Program-made: the position numbers and the translations under genes | Shown: piece by piece, positions 59,313 through 64,000 of the stretch | Layout: the number at the start of each line of letters is the position of its first letter | How positions within the stretch are numbered: position 1 is the stretch's first letter | The notes under the pieces: generated by a model | What the model saw: only the letters and a program-made list of their open reading frames with translations | Told to the model about the DNA's origin: nothing | Databases searched by the model: none | From: Parcubacteria group bacterium GW2011_GWA2_42_14 | Lineage (GTDB): Bacteria; Patescibacteriota; Minisyncoccia; Sungbacterales; GWA2-42-14 | DNA length: 64,000 nt | Assembly (NCBI GenBank): GCA_000998135.1 | Contig: LCCV01000005.1 | Location: 157-64,156 of the forward strand | Direction of reading: 5' to 3'

Positions 59313-59461
59313 TTATCCTCTCCTTTTTTCAATTTTCAAAAATCAAAAAACTTTCCCTAATTATACTCTTAAAATCACAAAAGTCAAGTTTTGTTTGCGT
59401 CTGACACAATAGTATGCTATAAAATTAAAACAGTCCTCTGACAAATCACGGATAAATAATA

Positions 59462-60634
59462 ATGCAAATCGTTTATACAGGAGAGCCGTTTCCGGAAAAA
59501 ACCGTAAAATCAATTTTTCTGGCCGGACCCACTCCAAGAACCCCTGATGTTAAATCATGGAGGCCGGAAGCCCTTGAAATACTTAAAAAACTTGATTATA
59601 ACGGACATGTGTTTGACCCCGAATACAAAGAAGGTCCGCGGGAAGTTAAAGAATACGAATATGAAGGACAAACTGATTGGGAAACAAAAGGGCTGAATCA
59701 GGCCGATATTATTGTTTTTTGGGTACCAAGAAATCTTGAAACCATGCCTGCTTTTACCACCAACGTTGAATGGGGCACTTGGGCTGACTCCGGAAAAGTT
59801 GTTTTCGGCGCGCCCCCCGAAGCTCCAAAAAATAAATACCTGAAACTCATGGCCGAAAAATATTCTGTTCCGCAGTTTGAGACCCTTGAGGAAACCCTTG
59901 CCTGTGCCGTTAATTATCTTGGCAAAGGAGCGGAAAGAACCGGCGGAGAATGCAAAGTTCCGCTTTATATTTGGGAAACAGAGTCATTTCAGGCGTGGTA
60001 TAAAAATCTTCTTAAAGCAGGCAATCAACTGAAAGACGCAGGGGTTTTATGGACTGACAGGCGCGGCCCCAAAAAAGATTCTATTTTTGCCTGGGGCATG
60101 GAAGCTAAAATTTATATTGCCTCTGAAAATCGGTACAAAACCAATGACATCGTTATAACTCGCCGCGATATTTCTTCGGCAGTTCTCTGGAAAAAAGACA
60201 GATTTAACCTGCTGAATTCAGGAATTGTTCTAGTAAAAGAATTCCGTTCTCCCGGAAGGACTTCTGACGGTTTTATTCACGAATTGCCTGGAGGTTCCGC
60301 GTTCAAAAATAACGTTGAACCGATAATTCTTGCCGCCGAAGAAATATTTGAAGAAACCGGGCTTCATTTTGAACCGAGCCGCTTAAAACCCCATGGCTCG
60401 CGGCAACTCACCGGAACTTTTTCAACGCATCACGCGCATTTGTTTTCCATAAATCTGACCGAACTGGAACTTGCATGGTATAAAAAACTGGTTGAACTCA
60501 AAGAACCCCTCGGCAACCAAAACGATTCCGAAAGAACTTATATAGAAGTAAAAACCTTGAAAGAAATTTTATCGGAAAAACTCGCTGACTGGTCAACTCT
60601 CGGCATGATTATGCAGGTTATTTCGGAAAATTAA
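59462..60634 (+). CDS. Nucleoside 2-deoxyribosyltransferase-like domain fused to NUDIX (ADP-ribose pyrophosphatase-like)
   Basis: IFLAGPT...W, TTNVEWG; VKEFRSP, ELPGG...EEIFEETG. Confidence 0.8.
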   Translation: MQIVYTGEPFPEKTVKSIFLAGPTPRTPDVKSWRPEALEILKKLDYNGHVFDPEYKEGPREVKEYEYEGQTDWETKGLNQADIIVFWVPRNLETMPAFTTNVEWGTWADSGKVVFGAPPEAPKNKYLKLMAEKYSVPQFETLEETLACAVNYLGKGAERTGGECKVPLYIWETESFQAWYKNLLKAGNQLKDAGVLWTDRRGPKKDSIFAWGMEAKIYIASENRYKTNDIVITRRDISSAVLWKKDRFNLLNSGIVLVKEFRSPGRTSDGFIHELPGGSAFKNNVEPIILAAEEIFEETGLHFEPSRLKPHGSRQLTGTFSTHHAHLFSINLTELELAWYKKLVELKEPLGNQNDSERTYIEVKTLKEILSEKLADWSTLGMIMQVISEN

Positions 60635-60665
60635 AAAGGTCTGAACATTTCAGACCTTATTTTTT
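60635..60665. terminator. Bidirectional intrinsic terminator between NDT-NUDIX and prs
   Basis: AAGGTCTGAA-CAT-TTCAGACCTT flanked by A/T runs. Confidence 0.65.
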
Positions 60666-61665
60666 ATTCAAAAAGCGAGCTTACCGACTGATTTTTGTGG
60701 ATTCTGAAAATTGCTTCGCCCAGAAGTCCGGCAACGGAAACAATTCTTAATTTTCCGGTTTTAGATGAAACGGCGGAAGGAAGATGAATTGAATCAGTAA
60801 CAAACAAAAATTTAATCGGAGAATTTTCTACGCGCTCCAGGGCATCGCCGGAAAAAACTCCGTGCGCGGCCAGCGCAAAAATATTCCTTGCGCCGCGGTC
60901 CCTAAGCGCTTCGGCGGCATTAGAGGTAGTTTTGGCGCTATCAATCATGTCATCAACAATCAGCGCGTCTTTACCGCCAACATCGCCCACCACATTCAAA
61001 ACCCGCGCCTCTCCCGGATTCGGCCTTGTCTTTTCTATGACCGCAATCCCTTCAGCTTCAAGATTTTTCGCGTAAGCTCTGGCAAGCCGGCCGGCATGAA
61101 TATCGGGCGCAACAATTACCAAAGGATTTGACGAACACCACTCGCTTTGACGCGCCTCAAGATATTTCACAAAAACAGGACGGACCCAAAGATGGTCGGA
61201 TGAAACATTCAAAGCGGCAAAAGCGCCGACAACAACGTTTGAATGCGCGTCAAGAAGAACCACCCTATCAACTCCCGATGCCCAAAGAAGGCGCGCGATA
61301 ACCGAAACCGTGACCGGAGCGCGCGACTTATCTTTCCAATCCTGACGCGAATAACCAAGATACGGAATAACAGCCGTAATACGTTCGGCCGAAGCCAGAC
61401 GCGCGGTATGAATCATCATCTCAAGTTCCCACAAATGAGTATCCGGCTGATTCGTCGGTTGAACTATAAATACGTCTTTTCCGCGAATATTTTCTCCGTA
61501 TCTTACGTAAATCTCGCCGTCATTAAAATTTCTTCGGTCATCCAAGACACCTAAAACAGTTTTCCTCTCAAATGTATCGTGCCATATCTTATCTTCAACA
61601 TAGGCGGCAATCGCTTTTGCCAACGGTTCATTTGCTCTTCCGGCAAAAATTTTGATGTCACTCAT
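60664..61665 (-). CDS. prs: Ribose-phosphate pyrophosphokinase
   Basis: FNDGE, PYLGYSRQD, APD, VDDMIDS, HGVFSG, TDSI. Confidence 0.92.
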   Translation of the reverse strand: MSDIKIFAGRANEPLAKAIAAYVEDKIWHDTFERKTVLGVLDDRRNFNDGEIYVRYGENIRGKDVFIVQPTNQPDTHLWELEMMIHTARLASAERITAVIPYLGYSRQDWKDKSRAPVTVSVIARLLWASGVDRVVLLDAHSNVVVGAFAALNVSSDHLWVRPVFVKYLEARQSEWCSSNPLVIVAPDIHAGRLARAYAKNLEAEGIAVIEKTRPNPGEARVLNVVGDVGGKDALIVDDMIDSAKTTSNAAEALRDRGARNIFALAAHGVFSGDALERVENSPIKFLFVTDSIHLPSAVSSKTGKLRIVSVAGLLGEAIFRIHKNQSVSSLFE

Positions 61666-61666
61666 C

Positions 61667-63118
61667 TTAACCCTCCTTGGGTTCTTTAAGTCCGACAGGA
61701 ATTGCTATATTGGAATATTCATTTTCATCTTTATTCATAAAACCGCTTAACATCTCAATAGCAGTTTTAAGACCGCGCCCGATATAAACCGGATAATTAT
61801 ACAAATCGCGAAAGCGTTTTAACTGCCGCATTACGAATTCGCGCTGTTTTTGCATGGAGGGAACGGGAACAGCGCTACCGTTAATCCAAAAATCGCAAAG
61901 AAGCGGCTCGGAAGCATAAGCGTTTGCCCACGGACAAGAAAAATCAAAATCATCAGTTGTAATCATATCACCGATAAAATAGCCGTCCTTATCGCTATAG
62001 CGCCAAACCTGAAGTTTTCCCGGAAGAGTCGCTTTTGACATGGAAGAACATTTCAAAGTCGGGTGTCCTCCGATAAGACATTCCTTAAAAATGACTCCGG
62101 CCACATTTTCAACTTCGGACAAAATTTTCGTGCCGACCCCGAATCCATACGATTTGGGGTGCATGCGCACGACTTCCGAAATTGATTCTTTATCATGGTC
62201 TCCGCTCGTAATAATTTTTACGTCTGAAAAATCGTTAGCGTCAAGAATAGACTGCACATAAACGCTCCAATCGCCAAGCGGCTTAGTATCAATGCGGCAC
62301 GCTTTAAAGGCGACCCTGCGAATAGAACTGCTTTTGGCGGCCGCAATGGCATGAATAATTCCCAGAGGAACTGAAATAGTATCAAGCAAAAGCGTTGTGC
62401 CGTTGGGATGAGCGTCAAGCCACCGTTCAAAACAAATCTGCTCAAAATGTTTTTGGCGGCCGGTAACGGAATCAATTTCCTGAACACCAATAAAAGACTG
62501 TACAAGATAATGGGCCATGGTGCCTACCGGAAACTGGTCAAGCAGAAATCCCGCTTCCATGTTAGAAGTATCATTAAATCCTCCGATATAGGCATAACGG
62601 GCAACATCAACCGCTCTGTCAACTTCTCCGTTTCTCCTCAAAGAAAAATCAGTCAGCCATCTGTCCCCGGCGGCAAGACGCATTTCAAGGGCGCGGGAGG
62701 CAACAGTCATGGGAATATCAAAAGCATGCTCAAATTTAACTTCGCTAAGCTGGGCCAGGGCAAACGGGCCGGTAATATCGGCAAACGGCTCTCTCGGAAA
62801 CATTATGGTTCCGGGTTTTACCGCGCGCACAATGCCTTCAAAACGGGTATTCTCAAGAAGCTCGGCAACACGCTCAAGCCCGGCCCGGTCATTTTTAAGA
62901 AAACGGATGCGCGGGGCATCAATGCCAATATGCGTCAAATACTCAACCAAACGTTCATGGCCCACGCAGGGAGCAAAAGGCAGTTTCCTGAATGCCGAAT
63001 AAAATGTGGCTTCAACATCTGCAAGATTAACGCCTTCACCCAAATCCGCATAGCCGGACAAAGCAAAATTTCCCATAGTCATGTGGTAGCGGTCTGCCTG
63101 AAACATGGATTTAGGCAT
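61667..63118 (-). CDS. pncB: Nicotinate phosphoribosyltransferase
   Basis: DRYHMTM, FRKLP, DFSLRR, TSN, GTMAH, LLDT, GVGT, PGK. Confidence 0.88.
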   Translation of the reverse strand: MPKSMFQADRYHMTMGNFALSGYADLGEGVNLADVEATFYSAFRKLPFAPCVGHERLVEYLTHIGIDAPRIRFLKNDRAGLERVAELLENTRFEGIVRAVKPGTIMFPREPFADITGPFALAQLSEVKFEHAFDIPMTVASRALEMRLAAGDRWLTDFSLRRNGEVDRAVDVARYAYIGGFNDTSNMEAGFLLDQFPVGTMAHYLVQSFIGVQEIDSVTGRQKHFEQICFERWLDAHPNGTTLLLDTISVPLGIIHAIAAAKSSSIRRVAFKACRIDTKPLGDWSVYVQSILDANDFSDVKIITSGDHDKESISEVVRMHPKSYGFGVGTKILSEVENVAGVIFKECLIGGHPTLKCSSMSKATLPGKLQVWRYSDKDGYFIGDMITTDDFDFSCPWANAYASEPLLCDFWINGSAVPVPSMQKQREFVMRQLKRFRDLYNYPVYIGRGLKTAIEMLSGFMNKDENEYSNIAIPVGLKEPKEG

Positions 63119-63344
63119 TGTTTTTCTCCATTATTATTGATATTTCAACGAACAAAATCTTTTGAAATTATATCAAAATATTTCCTAAAAGTCAAATGTT
63201 TGACTGGCGACTTCAAGAAACTAACACAACGATTCCGGTATCAATTATTATCCAGGAAAAACTGGTAAAAAATTTATCTTAACAATTGTTGGCCGATTGT
63301 TCAACAATTGTTAAGATAAACTAAAATTGAATTTAATATCTAGC

Positions 63345-63382
63345 GAAGTCCGACTTCACTAAATTTAGTGAAGTCGGACTTC
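63345..63382. repeat. Palindrome GAAGTCCGACTTCACTAAATTTAGTGAAGTCGGACTTC
   Basis: Perfect inverted repeat; a second IR lies at ~63273-63320. Confidence 0.75.
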
Positions 63383-63451
63383 AATAATTGATTAAAAAGA
63401 AAAAGCGTAAAATTTTTACGCTTACTAAACTATTACTTCTGTTGCATTAAC

Positions 63452-64000
63452 TTATTCATAGGGAGGAGTATAAAAACCCAAAATAATGTCGGTAGTGGTA
63501 AATTTTGCTCCTGCCTGTTTCATTTCGCTTATGGCGCGTTCACAATCCCCGGGATTAATTTCAACCCCACGAATAGCATCTTCAATAACCGTAACTTCAA
63601 AGCCAAGCCGCAAGGCGTCAAGAACTGTTTCCTTAACACAATAGTCGGTGGCAAGGCCGCCGATATATAATTTCTGAAAACCATTTTTCCTTAAAAACTC
63701 GTCCACTGAAAATCTAAGAAAACGTCCATTATTATCAAGAAAACCCTGAAAGGCTGAATACGCATCTTCATTTTTTTCCGTGCCCTTGGAAATGACTATA
63801 ACATTACTTGGCAACAGCAAATTCGGATGAAATTTTGCTCCCCAAGTGTTGTGAACGCAATGAACCGGCCATTTTCCGCCATAGGCATTAAAGTGGCTGG
63901 TAACAGGGGGATGCCAGTCGCGAGACGCAACAACCAACATTTGGACATCTTTCGCGAGTTGAATCATATTATTTAGCGGCTGAACCACCATATCCCCATC
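63452..64000 (-). CDS. pncA: Nicotinamidase (5' end outside the window)
   Basis: RDWHP, WPVHCV, KG, YSAF, GLATDYCV. Confidence 0.93.
   Translation of the reverse strand, partial: DGDMVVQPLNNMIQLAKDVQMLVVASRDWHPPVTSHFNAYGGKWPVHCVHNTWGAKFHPNLLLPSNVIVISKGTEKNEDAYSAFQGFLDNNGRFLRFSVDEFLRKNGFQKLYIGGLATDYCVKETVLDALRLGFEVTVIEDAIRGVEINPGDCERAISEMKQAGAKFTTTDIILGFYTPPYE

Overview
64 kb of a low-GC bacterial chromosome using the standard code (TGA is a stop). Gene content (DUF5674, VirD4/HerA-like ATPase, GT39 glycosyltransferases, many short palindromic repeats) suggests Patescibacteria/CPR (inference). Four zones: (1) 1-16.4 kb, a defence/mobile island abutting the 3' end of tRNA-Gln(TTG): a 4-gene small protein/GHKL ATPase/unknown/DUF6339 cassette beside dcm-vsr, a PD-(D/E)XK nuclease, a ParB-methylase + HTH + large serine recombinase module, an Avs2-like STAND ATPase and a Fic gene. 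(2) 16.5-30 kb, core and envelope genes. (3) 30-41.8 kb, small accessory genes downstream of secA; from 34.6 to 41.3 kb they are separated by about 8 degenerate copies of the last ~21-30 nt of secA itself (KRCHGK-stop). This looks like an integron-like, secA-anchored cassette array with no adjacent integrase and is the top finding. (4) 48-64 kb, an NAD+/ADP-ribose cluster (MQO-like-nadA-nadC, draG-like, HD-CitG fusion, nadK, radical SAM, ATP-dependent ligase, NDT-NUDIX, prs, pncB, pncA) with NrtR-like operators, where an MQO-like flavoprotein occupies the position of nadB. All calls come from motif recognition by eye; no searches were run.
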